In this document: piece after piece, positions 29,652 to 40,036 of the stretch | Layout of the letters: every line of letters starts with the position of its first letter | Numbering within the stretch: the stretch's first letter is position 1 | Assembly (NCBI RefSeq): GCF_030453185.1 | Contig: NZ_JAKDKW010000003.1 | Span: 4,375 to 68,374, forward strand | Source: Yaniella sp. | Lineage (GTDB): Bacteria > Actinomycetota > Actinomycetes > Actinomycetales > Micrococcaceae | DNA: 64,000 nucleotides | Reading direction: 5' to 3' | Program-made: the position numbers and the translations under genes | Notes under the pieces: model-generated | The model's database searches: none | Seen by the model: the letters and a program-made list of their open reading frames with translations, nothing else | Told to the model about the DNA's origin: nothing

Positions 29652-29799
29652 TTCAAAAACATTTGATCCCTACATCTGAAGCATGCGCTCGTCAACCGCG
29701 GGGGAGCGGACCGCCAGGATGCGAAAGTTAAGGCGTATTGCTAAGGTAAGGGCGCGGCCGAAACCGAGATTGTGTGTTCTACGACATCGGTCCGCACGA

Positions 29800-29829
29800 T
29801 TCGCAATATGCGCAAATTTCTGTCATAAT
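29800..29829 (+). promoter_or_regulatory. candidate promoter for the S10 operon (TTCGCA-N18-CATAAT)
   Basis: This is a motif match only. It lies in the 515-nt tuf-rpsJ spacer and would give a ~255-nt leader. Confidence 0.3.
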
Positions 29830-30089
29830 GGACAGGTTGCTCAAAACAGCTGTGCCTGGAATGCCAACAATGTTGGGCTTCAGGACCTTACCAATTGAGC
29901 GGACGTCAACTTTCCCCAGACGTAGCTTCACGCGTGGTCTGGAGAGCAAAAACTTGATGGTCTCACATGGCCGAGGAACCCGTCACACGGATTCGACCAT
30001 ATGAGCGAAAACAAAACATGCAGCAGCATTTGCTGTGAACATGTACACAGGGACAGGTACTCAACTAGTACGGAAATGAGGCAGACGCC

Positions 30090-30398
30090 ATGGCGGGACA
30101 AAAAATCCGCATCCGGCTGAAGTCATACGATCACGAAGTGATCGACACTTCAGCGCGGAAGATCGTTGATACGGTCACACGCGCAGGCGCACAGGTAGTA
30201 GGCCCGGTTCCACTACCTACTGAGAAGAACGTGTTCGCCGTGATCCGTTCTCCGCACAAATACAAAGATAGCCGTGAGCACTTTGAAATGCGTACTCACA
30301 AGCGTCTTATCGACATCGTAGACCCGACTCCAAAGGCTGTTGACTCGCTTATGCGCCTCGACCTGCCAGCGGACGTCAACATTGAAATCAAACTCTAA
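30090..30398 (+). CDS. rpsJ: 30S ribosomal protein S10
   Basis: [26 protein letters not shown]... Confidence 0.98.
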   Translation: MAGQKIRIRLKSYDHEVIDTSARKIVDTVTRAGAQVVGPVPLPTEKNVFAVIRSPHKYKDSREHFEMRTHKRLIDIVDPTPKAVDSLMRLDLPADVNIEIKL

Positions 30399-30422
30399 AA
30401 CTAGGGAGGTGCTGAGAAAACT

Positions 30423-31073
30423 ATGACCATATCCCCAAAAATCAAGGGACTCATGGGCACGAAGCTCGGCATGACCCAGGTATGGGACGAGAACAACAAC
30501 CTCATTCCCGTGACTGTGGTTCAGGCTGAGCCTAACGTAGTGACCCAGCTTCGTAACGATGAAGCAGATGGCTACTCTGCCATCCAAATTGCATACGGTG
30601 CAATTGACCCCCGCAAGGTCTCCAAACCATTGGTCGGACACTTCGACAAAGCCGGTGTTACACCGCGTCGTCACGTCGTCGAGATCCGTACCTCCGACGT
30701 AGTCGACTACACCCTCGGCCAGGACCTGACCGTTGAACAGTTCGAGGCAGGACAACTTATTGATGTCACCGCGAACTCCAAGGGTAAGGGCTTCGCAGGT
30801 GCCATGAAGCGTCACAACTTCGGCGGCGCAGGCGCATCCCACGGTCAGAAGAAGAACCACCGTAAACCGGGTTCTGTTGGTGGCGCTGCCACTCCAGGCC
30901 GTGTTTTCAAGGGCAAAAAGCTTCCCGGCCGTATGGGCAACGTCAAAACAACCACCCAGAACCTTACTCTGCACGGCATCGATGTAGAGAACAACTTGCT
31001 GCTCGTTAAAGGCGCAGTACCTGGCCCTCGCGGTCGTGTTGTATTGGTTCGCGATGCAGTGAAGGGAGCCTAA
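30423..31073 (+). CDS. rplC: 50S ribosomal protein L3
   Basis: [18 protein letters not shown]...[13 protein letters not shown]. Confidence 0.98.
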   Translation: MTISPKIKGLMGTKLGMTQVWDENNNLIPVTVVQAEPNVVTQLRNDEADGYSAIQIAYGAIDPRKVSKPLVGHFDKAGVTPRRHVVEIRTSDVVDYTLGQDLTVEQFEAGQLIDVTANSKGKGFAGAMKRHNFGGAGASHGQKKNHRKPGSVGGAATPGRVFKGKKLPGRMGNVKTTTQNLTLHGIDVENNLLLVKGAVPGPRGRVVLVRDAVKGA

Positions 31074-31077
31074 CACC

Positions 31078-31686
31078 ATGGCTGTCAAGAAAGTATCGGT
31101 GGATCTACCAGCTGAACTGTTTGATGTCGAATCAAACGTCGCTTTGATGCACCAGGTTGTCAATGCACAGCTTGCCGCTGCACGCCAAGGCACTCACTCG
31201 ACGAAAACTCGTGCTGAGGTTTCTGGTGGTGGACGTAAACCGTTTCGTCAAAAAGGTACCGGTCGCGCTCGTCAGGGTTCCATTCGTGAACCACAGATGA
31301 CCGGCGGCGGTATTGCACACGGTCCACAACCGCGCGATTACTCGCAGCGTACACCCAAGAAAATGAAGTCCGCAGCACTGCGTGGTGCACTGTCTGACCG
31401 TGCCCGCAACGGCCGTATCCATGTCATCGAGTCACTTGTGGCACAGGAAACTCCGTCGACCAAAGCTGCAAAGACTGCACTGGCTGAAGTCCAAAACGAA
31501 CGTCGCAACTTCCTAGTTGTTATCGAGCGTTCCGACGATGTCGCTGCGCTGTCAACTCGTAACCTGCAGCATGTTCACACCCTGTATGCTGATCAGCTCA
31601 ACACCTATGACGTGTTGAAAGCTGATGACGTGGTCTTTACCAAGCCTGCATACGACGCCTTCGTGGCCGCTGCAAGCGCGAAGTAG
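31078..31686 (+). CDS. rplD: 50S ribosomal protein L4
   Basis: ...[30 protein letters not shown]... 202 aa. Confidence 0.97.
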   Translation: MAVKKVSVDLPAELFDVESNVALMHQVVNAQLAAARQGTHSTKTRAEVSGGGRKPFRQKGTGRARQGSIREPQMTGGGIAHGPQPRDYSQRTPKKMKSAALRGALSDRARNGRIHVIESLVAQETPSTKAAKTALAEVQNERRNFLVVIERSDDVAALSTRNLQHVHTLYADQLNTYDVLKADDVVFTKPAYDAFVAAASAK

Positions 31687-31697
31687 AAGGAGACCAC

Positions 31698-32003
31698 ATG
31701 AGCACCAACATTGATAAGAATCCGCGCGACGTGATCATTGCTCCCGTCGTGAGCGAAAAGAGCTACTCGGATATGGACGAAGGACGTTATACGTTCGTCG
31801 TTGATCCGCGTTCAAACAAGTCTGAAATCAAGCTGGCTATCGAAAAGATTTTCGACGTCAAAGTGGCTTCAGTCAACACCATGAACCGTGAGGGTAAGCG
31901 TCAGCGTACCCGTTTCGGATACGGCCAGCGTAATGCTACTAAGCGTGCTGTCGTCACTCTGAAGGAAGGTTCCATCGACATCTTCGGAGGTCCGGTTCTG
32001 TAA
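31698..32003 (+). CDS. rplW: 50S ribosomal protein L23
   Basis: [16 protein letters not shown]...[10 protein letters not shown]. Confidence 0.97.
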   Translation: MSTNIDKNPRDVIIAPVVSEKSYSDMDEGRYTFVVDPRSNKSEIKLAIEKIFDVKVASVNTMNREGKRQRTRFGYGQRNATKRAVVTLKEGSIDIFGGPVL

Positions 32004-32037
32004 GGAACCGGAGACCACTTAATCGAGGAATATAACT

Positions 32038-32877
32038 ATGGCAATTCGTAAACATAAGCCGGTTACCCCGGGCCAGCGTGGCTCGTCGGTTTCCGACTTT
32101 CAACAAGTAACTCGAAATGCGCCGGAAAAGTCGTTGCTGCGCCCACTCTCTAAGAGCGGCGGTCGCAACAACCTCGGACGCATCACATCACGTCACCGTG
32201 GTGGCGGACACAAACGTCAATACCGTTTGGTCGATTTCCGTCGTCACGATAAAGATGGCATCCAGGCCAAGGTCGCAGAAATTGAATATGACCCGAACCG
32301 TACTGCCAACATTGCACTGTTGCACTATGTCGATGGAGCCAAGCGCTACATCCTGGCACCTGCTCGTCTGAAGCAAGGTGACATGGTGGAGTCTGGCCCA
32401 AACGCCGACATCAAACCGGGCAACAACCTGCCACTTCGCAACATGCCATTGGGTACTGTGATCCACGCTGTGGAACTCCGTCCAGGTGGCGGCGCGAAAA
32501 TGGCACGTTCAGCTGGAGCTTCAATCCAGCTCGTTGCCCGTGAAGGTAAGTACGCACAGCTTCGTCTCCCATCCGGCGAAATCCGCAACGTTGATATCCG
32601 TTGCCGCGCCACCGTTGGTGAAGTCGGCAACGCCGAACAAATCAACATTTCCTGGGGTAAAGCTGGACGTATGCGCTGGAAAGGCGTTCGTCCGCAGACC
32701 CGCGGTGCCGCCATGAACCCTGTGGATCACCCACACGGTGGTGGTGAAGGTCGTACATCCGGTGGACGTCACCCGTCCAACCCGAACGGCAAGAAGGAAG
32801 GCCGCACACGCCGTCCTAAAAAGGCCAGCGACCAGTACATCGTGCGTCGTCGTCCGAAAAGCAAGAAGAATCGATAG
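32038..32877 (+). CDS. rplB: 50S ribosomal protein L2
   Basis: [15 protein letters not shown]...[20 protein letters not shown]. Confidence 0.98.
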   Translation: MAIRKHKPVTPGQRGSSVSDFQQVTRNAPEKSLLRPLSKSGGRNNLGRITSRHRGGGHKRQYRLVDFRRHDKDGIQAKVAEIEYDPNRTANIALLHYVDGAKRYILAPARLKQGDMVESGPNADIKPGNNLPLRNMPLGTVIHAVELRPGGGAKMARSAGASIQLVAREGKYAQLRLPSGEIRNVDIRCRATVGEVGNAEQINISWGKAGRMRWKGVRPQTRGAAMNPVDHPHGGGEGRTSGGRHPSNPNGKKEGRTRRPKKASDQYIVRRRPKSKKNR

Positions 32878-32890
32878 GAGCTGATCTCAG

Positions 32891-33169
32891 ATGCCACGCA
32901 GCCTGAAGAAGGGCCCCTACGTAGATCAGCACTTGTACCTGAAGGTTCTTGCTGAGAACGAAAAGGGCTCCAAAAACGTTATCCGCACTTGGTCTCGTCG
33001 CTCGATGATCATCCCGGACATGCTTGGTCACACCATTGCTGTCCATGATGGTCGCAAGCACGTGCCGGTATTCATCACTGAATCCATGGTCGGACATAAA
33101 CTGGGAGAATTCGCGCAAACGCGTACCTTCCGCGGCCACTCCAAGGACGACCAGAGAGGCCGCCGCTAG
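32891..33169 (+). CDS. rpsS: 30S ribosomal protein S19
   Basis: [15 protein letters not shown]...[26 protein letters not shown]. Confidence 0.98.
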   Translation: MPRSLKKGPYVDQHLYLKVLAENEKGSKNVIRTWSRRSMIIPDMLGHTIAVHDGRKHVPVFITESMVGHKLGEFAQTRTFRGHSKDDQRGRR

Positions 33170-33203
33170 TAGCGGCTGGCTGATCGTAAGAGAGGATTAA
33201 GCA

Positions 33204-33575
33204 ATGGAAGCCAAGGCAATTGCACGCTATTTGCGTGTTACGCCAATGAAGGCCCGGCGCGTCGTCGACCTTGTTCGTGGTAAGCAAGCGAATGAAGCCC
33301 TGGCCATCTTGAAGTTTGCCCAGCAGGGCGCTTCAGACCCCGTCTACAAGGTACTCGCATCCGCGGTATCCAATGCACGGGACAAAGCCGATCGTGAAGG
33401 ACTGGCCTTCAACGAGGAAGAACTGTTCGTCAGTGAAGCCTTCGTTGATGAAGGACCAACCATGAAGCGCTTTCAACCACGCGCTCAAGGACGTGCCTTC
33501 CAAATCAACAAACGCACCAGCCACGTCACCGTGGTCGTTGCAATCGATGAAGATCAGAAAGGTGGGACCAACTAA
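33204..33575 (+). CDS. rplV: 50S ribosomal protein L22
   Basis: [27 protein letters not shown]... Confidence 0.97.
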   Translation: MEAKAIARYLRVTPMKARRVVDLVRGKQANEALAILKFAQQGASDPVYKVLASAVSNARDKADREGLAFNEEELFVSEAFVDEGPTMKRFQPRAQGRAFQINKRTSHVTVVVAIDEDQKGGTN

Positions 33576-34346
33576 ATGGGTCAGAAGATTCACCCACACG
33601 GATTCCGCCTCGGCATTACCAAAGATCACGTTTCCCGTTGGTTCGCTGATTCCAGCGTTGCTGGCCAGCGTTACAAGGACTTCGTCAAAGAAGACGTGCA
33701 TATCCGCAGCCTGCTGCAGGACGGCATGGAACGTGCTGGTATTTCCAAAGTTGAGATCGAACGAACCCGAGATCGTGTCCGCGTAGACGTACACACAGCT
33801 CGCCCTGGTATCGTCATCGGTCGCCGTGGTGCGGAAGCTGATCGCATTCGCCGTGAACTTGAAAAGCTCACAGCAAAGCAGATCCAGCTCAACATCCTAG
33901 AAGTTAAGAAACCAGAACTCGATGCACAGCTGGTAGCACAAGGTGTTGCCGAACAGCTCACCGCACGTGTGGCATTCCGCCGTGCAATGCGTCGTTCCAT
34001 CCAGTCAGCCATGCGCGGTGGCGCAGAGGGTATCCGTATTCAGGTATCCGGTCGACTGGGCGGTGCCGACATGGGCCGTACCGAGTTCTACCGTGAAGGT
34101 CGTGTACCGCTGCACACCTTGCGCGCCAACATCGACTTCGGTCGCTTCGAAGCGAAAACCACATTCGGACGCATCGGCGTCAAAGTGTGGGTTTATAAGG
34201 GCGACCTGACCGATAAAGAACTGGCAGCTCAAGAAGCAGCTCAGCCATCCGGTCGTGGTGGCCGCGGTGGCCGTGGTGGTCCACGCCGTCGTCGCGGTGG
34301 CGCCCAGCAGGGTGCACGCTCAGGCGCTCAAGGAGGCAACGCCTAA
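33576..34346 (+). CDS. rpsC: 30S ribosomal protein S3 (with RGG-rich C-terminal tail)
   Basis: [18 protein letters not shown]... with a KH domain. The tail is ...[31 protein letters not shown]. Confidence 0.98.
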   Translation: MGQKIHPHGFRLGITKDHVSRWFADSSVAGQRYKDFVKEDVHIRSLLQDGMERAGISKVEIERTRDRVRVDVHTARPGIVIGRRGAEADRIRRELEKLTAKQIQLNILEVKKPELDAQLVAQGVAEQLTARVAFRRAMRRSIQSAMRGGAEGIRIQVSGRLGGADMGRTEFYREGRVPLHTLRANIDFGRFEAKTTFGRIGVKVWVYKGDLTDKELAAQEAAQPSGRGGRGGRGGPRRRRGGAQQGARSGAQGGNA

Positions 34347-34762
34347 TGCTTATCCCACGTCGCGTAAAATACCGTAAGCAGCACCGTCCAGGTCGTAAAG
34401 GTATGGCCAAAGGCGGCACCGAAGTAGCCTTCGGTGAATGGGGACTGCAGGCAACCGGCCGCGCATATGTCACGAACCGTCAGATCGAGGCAGCTCGTAT
34501 CGCGATGACTCGTTACATCAAACGTGGCGGCCACGTCTGGATCAACATTTTCCCAGATCGTCCATTGACAAAGAAACCAGCCGAAGTTCGTATGGGTTCG
34601 GGTAAAGGCTCCCCAGAGTTCTGGGTTGCCAACATCAAACCCGGGCGTGTTATGTTCGAACTTTCCGGCGTTACTGAAGAAGTTGCACGCGAAGCCCTTC
34701 GCCTGGCCGCACACAAGCTGCCACTCAAGGCTCGCATTGTACGCCGAGAGGGTGGTGAATAA
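34346..34762 (+). CDS. rplP: 50S ribosomal protein L16
   Basis: [19 protein letters not shown]... with a TAATG overlap with rpsC. Confidence 0.98.
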   Translation: MLIPRRVKYRKQHRPGRKGMAKGGTEVAFGEWGLQATGRAYVTNRQIEAARIAMTRYIKRGGHVWINIFPDRPLTKKPAEVRMGSGKGSPEFWVANIKPGRVMFELSGVTEEVAREALRLAAHKLPLKARIVRREGGE

Positions 34763-34764
34763 AC

Positions 34765-35037
34765 ATGGCACTGGGTACACCTGAACTATCCACAGATGCT
34801 TTGGACGGTTTCGATAACGCACGTCTGCGCGAAGAACTCGACAAAGCTAAAGCCGAGTTATTCAACCTGCGCTTCCAAGCGGCAACCGGTCAGATTGAAA
34901 ATACCGGTCGCATCAAAGTCGTCAAACGCGACATTGCACGTGTAATGACTGTGCTGCGCGAACGCGAACTTGGTATCCGCGAAGAGATCGAAGCCAGCGA
35001 AGAAGACATCAAAGACAAAAAGAAAAGCCGCAAGTAG
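34765..35037 (+). CDS. rpmC: 50S ribosomal protein L29 (C-terminally extended)
   Basis: ...[40 protein letters not shown]... 90 aa. Confidence 0.95.
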   Translation: MALGTPELSTDALDGFDNARLREELDKAKAELFNLRFQAATGQIENTGRIKVVKRDIARVMTVLRERELGIREEIEASEEDIKDKKKSRK

Positions 35038-35054
35038 GCTGAGGAGGAAACACA

Positions 35055-35339
35055 GTGACTGAGTCTGTTGACACCGCAGCCGCACCAGATCGTAACTATC
35101 GCAAAACTTTGCGAGGGGTAGTCGTTTCCGACAAGATGGAAAAAACCATCGTCGTCGAAATCGAATACTTCAAACAGCACGCTCTGTACGGCAAAATCAT
35201 GCGTCGGACCAAACGAGTTAAAGCACACGACGAAGAAAACACCGCCGGTATCGGCGATAGTGTTCGTCTTGCTGAGACCCGTCCGCTGTCGAAATCGAAA
35301 AATTGGCGTCTGACGGAAATCGTCGAACGCGCCAAGTAA
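35055..35339 (+). CDS. rpsQ: 30S ribosomal protein S17
   Basis: ...[22 protein letters not shown]...[11 protein letters not shown]... with a GTG start. Confidence 0.96.
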   Translation: MTESVDTAAAPDRNYRKTLRGVVVSDKMEKTIVVEIEYFKQHALYGKIMRRTKRVKAHDEENTAGIGDSVRLAETRPLSKSKNWRLTEIVERAK

Positions 35340-35365
35340 GCGATACGCTCACGTAAAATACGTAT

Positions 35366-35406
35366 AATTCATCCGTACCAGCTAGCTGGTACGGATGAAT
35401 TGTTTA
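35366..35406. terminator. strong hairpin/terminator separating the S10 and spc operons
   Basis: A perfect 17-bp stem joins AATTCATCCGTACCAGC (35366-82) and GCTGGTACGGATGAATT (35385-401). GTTTAA follows, so the U-tract is weak. Confidence 0.6.
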
Positions 35407-35737
35407 ACAAGACATTGTAGAACTTGCCCACGGCTGCAAGGTCGTCTCGGAACGATTTTTCAAAACTGTGAGCATTAGGGTAAGCTGTTGTAGCTGTGCC
35501 CTTTTCATAGCTCGGCCATCCACCGGGCATCTGACGAAAAGTAAGCGCAACATCTTGCACAAACGTGCCTCGGCCCCGGCTCAAAAGCACTGTGTGACGA
35601 CCTACCTCTGTGCGTAAGTCGGCCACATACGTCTCACCTAGTCGGGGGTAAGCACAGCAAGACTATTTCCATGACCGTTCCGCAAGGCTCGGCCCAACCG
35701 AGGGACGAGAACCAGCGAGACAAGCAGGAGTAAGCAA

Positions 35738-36106
35738 GTGATTCAACAAGAATCGCGGCTCAAGGTTGCCGACAACACCGGTGCGAAGGAAATTCTCACC
35801 ATCCGTGTCCTCGGTGGCTCTGGACGCCGCTATGCATCAATCGGCGACGTTATTGTCGCTACCGTAAAAGACGCCATTCCAGGCGGTGCCGTCAAAAAGG
35901 GCGACGTCGTCAAGGCAGTTGTCGTGCGTGCTAAGAAATCAGTGCGCCGTCCAGATGGCTCCTACATCAAATTCGACGAAAACGCAGCCGTCATCCTTCG
36001 TCAGGATAACGAACCGCGCGGAACTCGTATCTTCGGCCCTGTGGCCCGTGAGCTACGTGACAAGCAGTTCATGCGTATCGTTTCGCTGGCACCGGAGGTG
36101 ATTTAA
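35738..36106 (+). CDS. rplN: 50S ribosomal protein L14
   Basis: [28 protein letters not shown]... with a GTG start. Confidence 0.98.
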   Translation: MIQQESRLKVADNTGAKEILTIRVLGGSGRRYASIGDVIVATVKDAIPGGAVKKGDVVKAVVVRAKKSVRRPDGSYIKFDENAAVILRQDNEPRGTRIFGPVARELRDKQFMRIVSLAPEVI

Positions 36107-36109
36107 CCC

Positions 36110-36451
36110 ATGGCTAAGATCAAAAAAGATGATCTCGTACAGGTTATTTCAGGTAAAGATCGCGGCAAACAGGGCAAAGTCCTGCGCGTACTTCCTAAAG
36201 AAGAACGTGTACTGGTAGAAGGCGTCAACCGTGTTACCAAACACGTACGCGCTGGTCAGGGCCCCGATGGCTCAACTGAAGGTGGGCTCGTAGTTCAAGA
36301 AGCTACCATGCACATCTCCAACGTTGCTGTCGTTGACCCTGAAACCGAAAAACCTACTCGCGTTGGTTACCGTTTTGAAGAAGTCGAAGAAGATGGCGAA
36401 ACCAAGACCGTAAAGGTCCGTTTTGCCAAGGCCTCTGGAAAGGAGCTGTAA
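36110..36451 (+). CDS. rplX: 50S ribosomal protein L24
   Basis: [27 protein letters not shown]... Confidence 0.97.
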   Translation: MAKIKKDDLVQVISGKDRGKQGKVLRVLPKEERVLVEGVNRVTKHVRAGQGPDGSTEGGLVVQEATMHISNVAVVDPETEKPTRVGYRFEEVEEDGETKTVKVRFAKASGKEL

Positions 36452-37032
36452 TGACCCAGGTATCTGAAAACGCAGCCCCGAAAGTCACGCCTCGTCTGAA
36501 GACCAAGTACCGGGACGAAATTAAGCCCGCACTGCAAAATGAGTTTGAATACTCGAACGTAATGCAGATCCCAGGTCTGGTAAAGATCGTGGTCAATATG
36601 GGTGTCGGTGAAGCCGCACGTGACTCTAAAGTCATCAACGGTGCGATCGCAGACCTGACACAGATCTCCGGTCAGAAACCGCAGGTAACCCGCGCCAAGA
36701 AGTCCATTGCACAGTTCAAACTGCGCGAAGGAATGCCAATTGGCACGCACGTCACCTTGCGTGGCGACCGTATGTGGGAGTTCCTGGACCGTCTGGTTAC
36801 CTTCGCATTGCCACGTATTCGTGACTTCCGAGGCCTGAGCCCACGCCAGTTCGATGGCAACGGCAACTACACCTTCGGTCTGTCCGAACAGTCCGTGTTC
36901 CACGAAATCGATCAAGACAAAATCGATCGCGTGCGCGGTATGGATATCACCGTCGTGACGTCCGCAAAAAACGACGAAGAAGGCCGCGCGCTGCTGCGTG
37001 CTCTGGGCTTCCCGTTCAAGGCAGACCAGTAA
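36451..37032 (+). CDS. rplE: 50S ribosomal protein L5
   Basis: ...[42 protein letters not shown]... with a TAATG overlap with rplX. Confidence 0.98.
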   Translation: MTQVSENAAPKVTPRLKTKYRDEIKPALQNEFEYSNVMQIPGLVKIVVNMGVGEAARDSKVINGAIADLTQISGQKPQVTRAKKSIAQFKLREGMPIGTHVTLRGDRMWEFLDRLVTFALPRIRDFRGLSPRQFDGNGNYTFGLSEQSVFHEIDQDKIDRVRGMDITVVTSAKNDEEGRALLRALGFPFKADQ

Positions 37033-37105
37033 TCCAACTACGTTATAGGTCCTGTTTCGGTGTACCGACTCAGGAAACCACAACGAGAAAAGGCTAAAGC
37101 CACAT

Positions 37106-37504
37106 ATGAGTATGACCGACCCCGTCGCAGACATGTTAACTCGTCTGCGCAACGCCAACTCGGCGCATCACGATGTCGTGACCATGCCGTCTTCAAAACT
37201 GAAGACCGGTGTTGCCGAGATCTTGAAAAACGAAGGCTACATCACCAGCTGGAAAGAAGAAGACGCACGCGTAGGTAAAAACCTCGTCATGGACCTGAAA
37301 TTCGGTCCACAGCGTCAGCGTTCCATTGCTGGTCTACGCCGCATCTCTAAACCAGGCTTGCGCGTTTACGCCAAATCCAACAACCTGCCACACGTGCTGG
37401 GCGGATTGGGCATCGCCATCCTGTCGACCTCGTCAGGCCTGCTGACCGACCGTCAAGCAGCTTCCAAAGGTGTAGGTGGGGAAGTCCTCGCCTACGTCTG
37501 GTAA
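37106..37504 (+). CDS. rpsH: 30S ribosomal protein S8
   Basis: [20 protein letters not shown]...GGEVLAYVW. Confidence 0.98.
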   Translation: MSMTDPVADMLTRLRNANSAHHDVVTMPSSKLKTGVAEILKNEGYITSWKEEDARVGKNLVMDLKFGPQRQRSIAGLRRISKPGLRVYAKSNNLPHVLGGLGIAILSTSSGLLTDRQAASKGVGGEVLAYVW

Positions 37505-37522
37505 CGGAAAGGAAGGAAAACA

Positions 37523-38056
37523 ATGTCACGTATTGGAAAGCTTCCGATCACCGTACCTTCCGGCGTTGAAGTTGCAATCAACGGCTCCGATGTGTCTGTA
37601 AAAGGACCCAAAGGTGAGCTGGGAATGTCTATAGACGGCCCGATTGAAGCCAAGCTTGAAGAAAATATCATCACAGTCATGCGCCCAGATGAGGAACGCG
37701 AATCTCGCTCACTCCACGGCCTGACTCGCACCCTGATCAGCAACATGATCGTCGGTGTCACCGATGGCTACTCCAAGAAATTGGAATTGCACGGTACCGG
37801 TTACCGCGTAGTAGCCAAGGGCAACGACCTCGAAATGCAGCTGGGCTTCTCGCACAGCATCGACGTCGCGGCCCCAGAAGGCATCACATTTGCCATTGAG
37901 GGCAACACAGTGACTGTCTCAGGCATCGATAAACAACTGGTCGGCGAAACAGCCGCCAACATCCGTAAATTGCGTATTACCGAACCTTATAAGGCCAAGG
38001 GTATTCGCTACGAGGGTGAGACCATCCGCCGCAAGGCCGGAAAGGCAGGTAAGTAA
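37523..38056 (+). CDS. rplF: 50S ribosomal protein L6
   Basis: [33 protein letters not shown]... Confidence 0.98.
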   Translation: MSRIGKLPITVPSGVEVAINGSDVSVKGPKGELGMSIDGPIEAKLEENIITVMRPDEERESRSLHGLTRTLISNMIVGVTDGYSKKLELHGTGYRVVAKGNDLEMQLGFSHSIDVAAPEGITFAIEGNTVTVSGIDKQLVGETAANIRKLRITEPYKAKGIRYEGETIRRKAGKAGK

Positions 38057-38430
38057 TGTCAACTGTCAGTATCAAAGGCAAAGGCAAAAGCGCTGCCCGC
38101 CGTCGCCGTCACTCTCGTGTTCGCAAACGGATCCACGGCACCGCGGTACGCCCGCGTCTGGTAGTAAACCGTTCGGCCCGTCACATCTTTGCTCAAGTCA
38201 TCGACGACGAAGCCGGTGTCACCCTGGTTTCAGCCTCCACTATGGAAGCTGACCTGCGTGCACAGGATGCCGAGAAAACGGAAAAAGCCCGCAAAGTAGG
38301 CGAAATCATCGCTCAGCGTGCTGACGACGCTGGCGTGACTCAGGTGGTCTTTGACCGCGCAGGTCACAAATACCACGGTCGTATAGCCGCTGTTGCTGAC
38401 GGCGCACGGGAAGGTGGACTGCAGCTGTGA
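38056..38430 (+). CDS. rplR: 50S ribosomal protein L18
   Basis: ...[37 protein letters not shown]... with a TAATG overlap with rplF. Confidence 0.97.
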   Translation: MSTVSIKGKGKSAARRRRHSRVRKRIHGTAVRPRLVVNRSARHIFAQVIDDEAGVTLVSASTMEADLRAQDAEKTEKARKVGEIIAQRADDAGVTQVVFDRAGHKYHGRIAAVADGAREGGLQL

Positions 38431-39155
38431 CCGAAGCAAATAACGAAAAGGACACTAAGGTGACCGAAACAACTCAAGAGTCTGTATCGGAAACCTCATC
38501 AGGCTCTGAAAGCCAGAGCGTCGAGCGCCAAGAGCGCGGTGGCCGTTCAGGCCGGGGCCAACGCTCCGACCGCGGCGACCGTGGATCACGTAAAGGTGGT
38601 CGCGATGACAACCGCGACCAGTTCCTCGAACGTGTTGTACAGATCAACCGTGTTGCCAAAGTGGTCAAGGGCGGACGTCGTTTCGCGTTTACCGCACTCG
38701 TCGTTGTAGGCGATGGCGATGGCATGGTTGGCGTTGGCTACGGTAAAGCAAAAGAAGTACCAGCAGCCATTGCTAAGGGTGTAGAAGAAGCGAAGAAGAA
38801 CTTCTTCCGCGTCCCCATGGTTGGCACCACCATCCCTCACCTGTCACAGGGCGAGGATGCCGCCGGTGTTGTACTCTTGCGTCCAGCCTCACCAGGTACC
38901 GGTGTTATCGCCGGTGGTCCAGTGCGTGCTGTGCTTGAAGCAGCCGGCATCAACGATGTCCTGTCCAAATCCATGGGCTCGGCAAACGCCATCAACATTG
39001 TGCGTGCAACTGTCGAAGCCCTGCGTCAGCTTGAAGGCCCAGAAGAGGTCGCAGCTCGTCGCGGACTGCCAGTTGATGAAGTTGCGCCAGCGTTCATGCT
39101 GCGGACCATCGCTGAAGATCGCGCAAAGCGTGCCGAGCAGAAGGCAGGTGCATAG
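38427..39155 (+). CDS. rpsE: 30S ribosomal protein S5 (long acidic/RG-rich N-terminal extension)
   Basis: The core is ...[32 protein letters not shown]... The GTG start overlaps the rplR stop (GTGA). An alternative GTG at about 38460 is possible. Confidence 0.95.
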   Translation: MTEANNEKDTKVTETTQESVSETSSGSESQSVERQERGGRSGRGQRSDRGDRGSRKGGRDDNRDQFLERVVQINRVAKVVKGGRRFAFTALVVVGDGDGMVGVGYGKAKEVPAAIAKGVEEAKKNFFRVPMVGTTIPHLSQGEDAAGVVLLRPASPGTGVIAGGPVRAVLEAAGINDVLSKSMGSANAINIVRATVEALRQLEGPEEVAARRGLPVDEVAPAFMLRTIAEDRAKRAEQKAGA

Positions 39156-39159
39156 GAAT

Positions 39160-39381
39160 ATGTCTAACTTCGATTCGACACCGAAAAACATTTCGCCATC
39201 CGCAGCGAGCCTGACCATCACTCAGGTGCGCTCGGCAATTGGTCGTAAACCACAGCATCGTGAAACCCTACGGTCACTCGGTCTCAAAGGTATCGGTAAT
39301 TCCGTTACCCGCTCGGCCGACGCCGTCACCGTGGGCATGGTCAACGCCGTGTCCCACCTGGTAAAGGTCGAGGAGGTCTAG
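39160..39381 (+). CDS. rpmD: 50S ribosomal protein L30
   Basis: [10 protein letters not shown]...[32 protein letters not shown]... This is the internal ATG (codon 114) of ORF-track entry 38821..39381. The upstream part of that ORF overlaps rpsE out of frame. Confidence 0.93.
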   Translation: MSNFDSTPKNISPSAASLTITQVRSAIGRKPQHRETLRSLGLKGIGNSVTRSADAVTVGMVNAVSHLVKVEEV

Positions 39382-39383
39382 TA

Positions 39384-39845
39384 ATGGCTGAAGAACAACA
39401 AGACGCCATCAAACTTCACGACCTACGCCCAGCAAAAGGCTCTAACAAGTCCAAGCTGCGCTATGGTCGTGGTGAATCGGGTAAGGGCGGCAAGACCGCG
39501 ACCCGCGGTACCAAAGGTACGCGTGCTCGTAACACCGTGCCAGCAGGCTTCGAAGGTGGACAGCTACCGCTGCACATGCGCCTTCCGAAACTGCGTGGCT
39601 TCCGTAACCCAGCGAAGGTCACCTTCCAGGTTGTAAACCTGGCGAAGCTGACCGAAGCCTTCCCAGAAGGCGGCGACGTTACCGTTGACGCTCTCGTGGA
39701 AAAAGGCTTGGTTCGCAAGAACCAGCCCGTCAAGGTGTTGGGCACGGGCGACATCTCGGTAGCCGTCAATGTTACCGCTGATGCGTTCTCCAAGTCAGCA
39801 GTCGATAAAATCGCTGCTGCCGGAGGCACAACAACCACTGCATAA
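39384..39845 (+). CDS. rplO: 50S ribosomal protein L15
   Basis: ...[35 protein letters not shown]... Confidence 0.97.
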   Translation: MAEEQQDAIKLHDLRPAKGSNKSKLRYGRGESGKGGKTATRGTKGTRARNTVPAGFEGGQLPLHMRLPKLRGFRNPAKVTFQVVNLAKLTEAFPEGGDVTVDALVEKGLVRKNQPVKVLGTGDISVAVNVTADAFSKSAVDKIAAAGGTTTTA

Positions 39846-39880
39846 CACTGTCCAGTAAGATGGCAGTGCTATCACTCCGC

Positions 39881-39930
39881 GGCCCTCGATCTCTGACGAG
39901 TCTCGTCATAGGTCGAGGGCCGTAGGTTTT
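39881..39930 (+). terminator. compound hairpin (possible partial terminator/processing site) between rplO and secY
   Basis: The outer stem joins GGCCCTCGA (39881-89) and TCGAGGGCC (39913-21). The inner stem joins TGACGAG and CTCGTCA. GTAGGTTTT follows. Confidence 0.45.
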
Positions 39931-40036
39931 AACGTTAGAATTCTACTCGTGCTTAGAATAGGCACGAGTGTGTACGGACGATCTGGTGATGACCGGATCC
40001 ATCAAAGTGCGCTCAGCACTACTTTCAGGAGGACAC

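Noticed and set aside
29683-30004. Two overlapping ORFs (71 and 76 aa) in the tuf-rpsJ spacer
   Set aside because: Their composition is very basic and Arg-rich, they have no SD, and they overlap each other in different frames. The region is more plausibly the promoter and leader of the S10 operon.
30213-31193. 326-aa minus-strand ORF across rpsJ, rplC and rplD
   Set aside because: It lies antisense to three contiguous ribosomal protein genes and crosses their boundaries. I recognise no domain. It is a shadow ORF.
36367-37158. 263-aa minus-strand ORF across rplX, rplE and rpsH
   Set aside because: This is a shadow ORF antisense to conserved r-protein genes, and its product has no recognisable family features.
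38821-39159. First 113 codons of ORF 38821..39381
   Set aside because: They overlap rpsE out of frame. Only the part from ATG 39160 matches L30 (rpmD).
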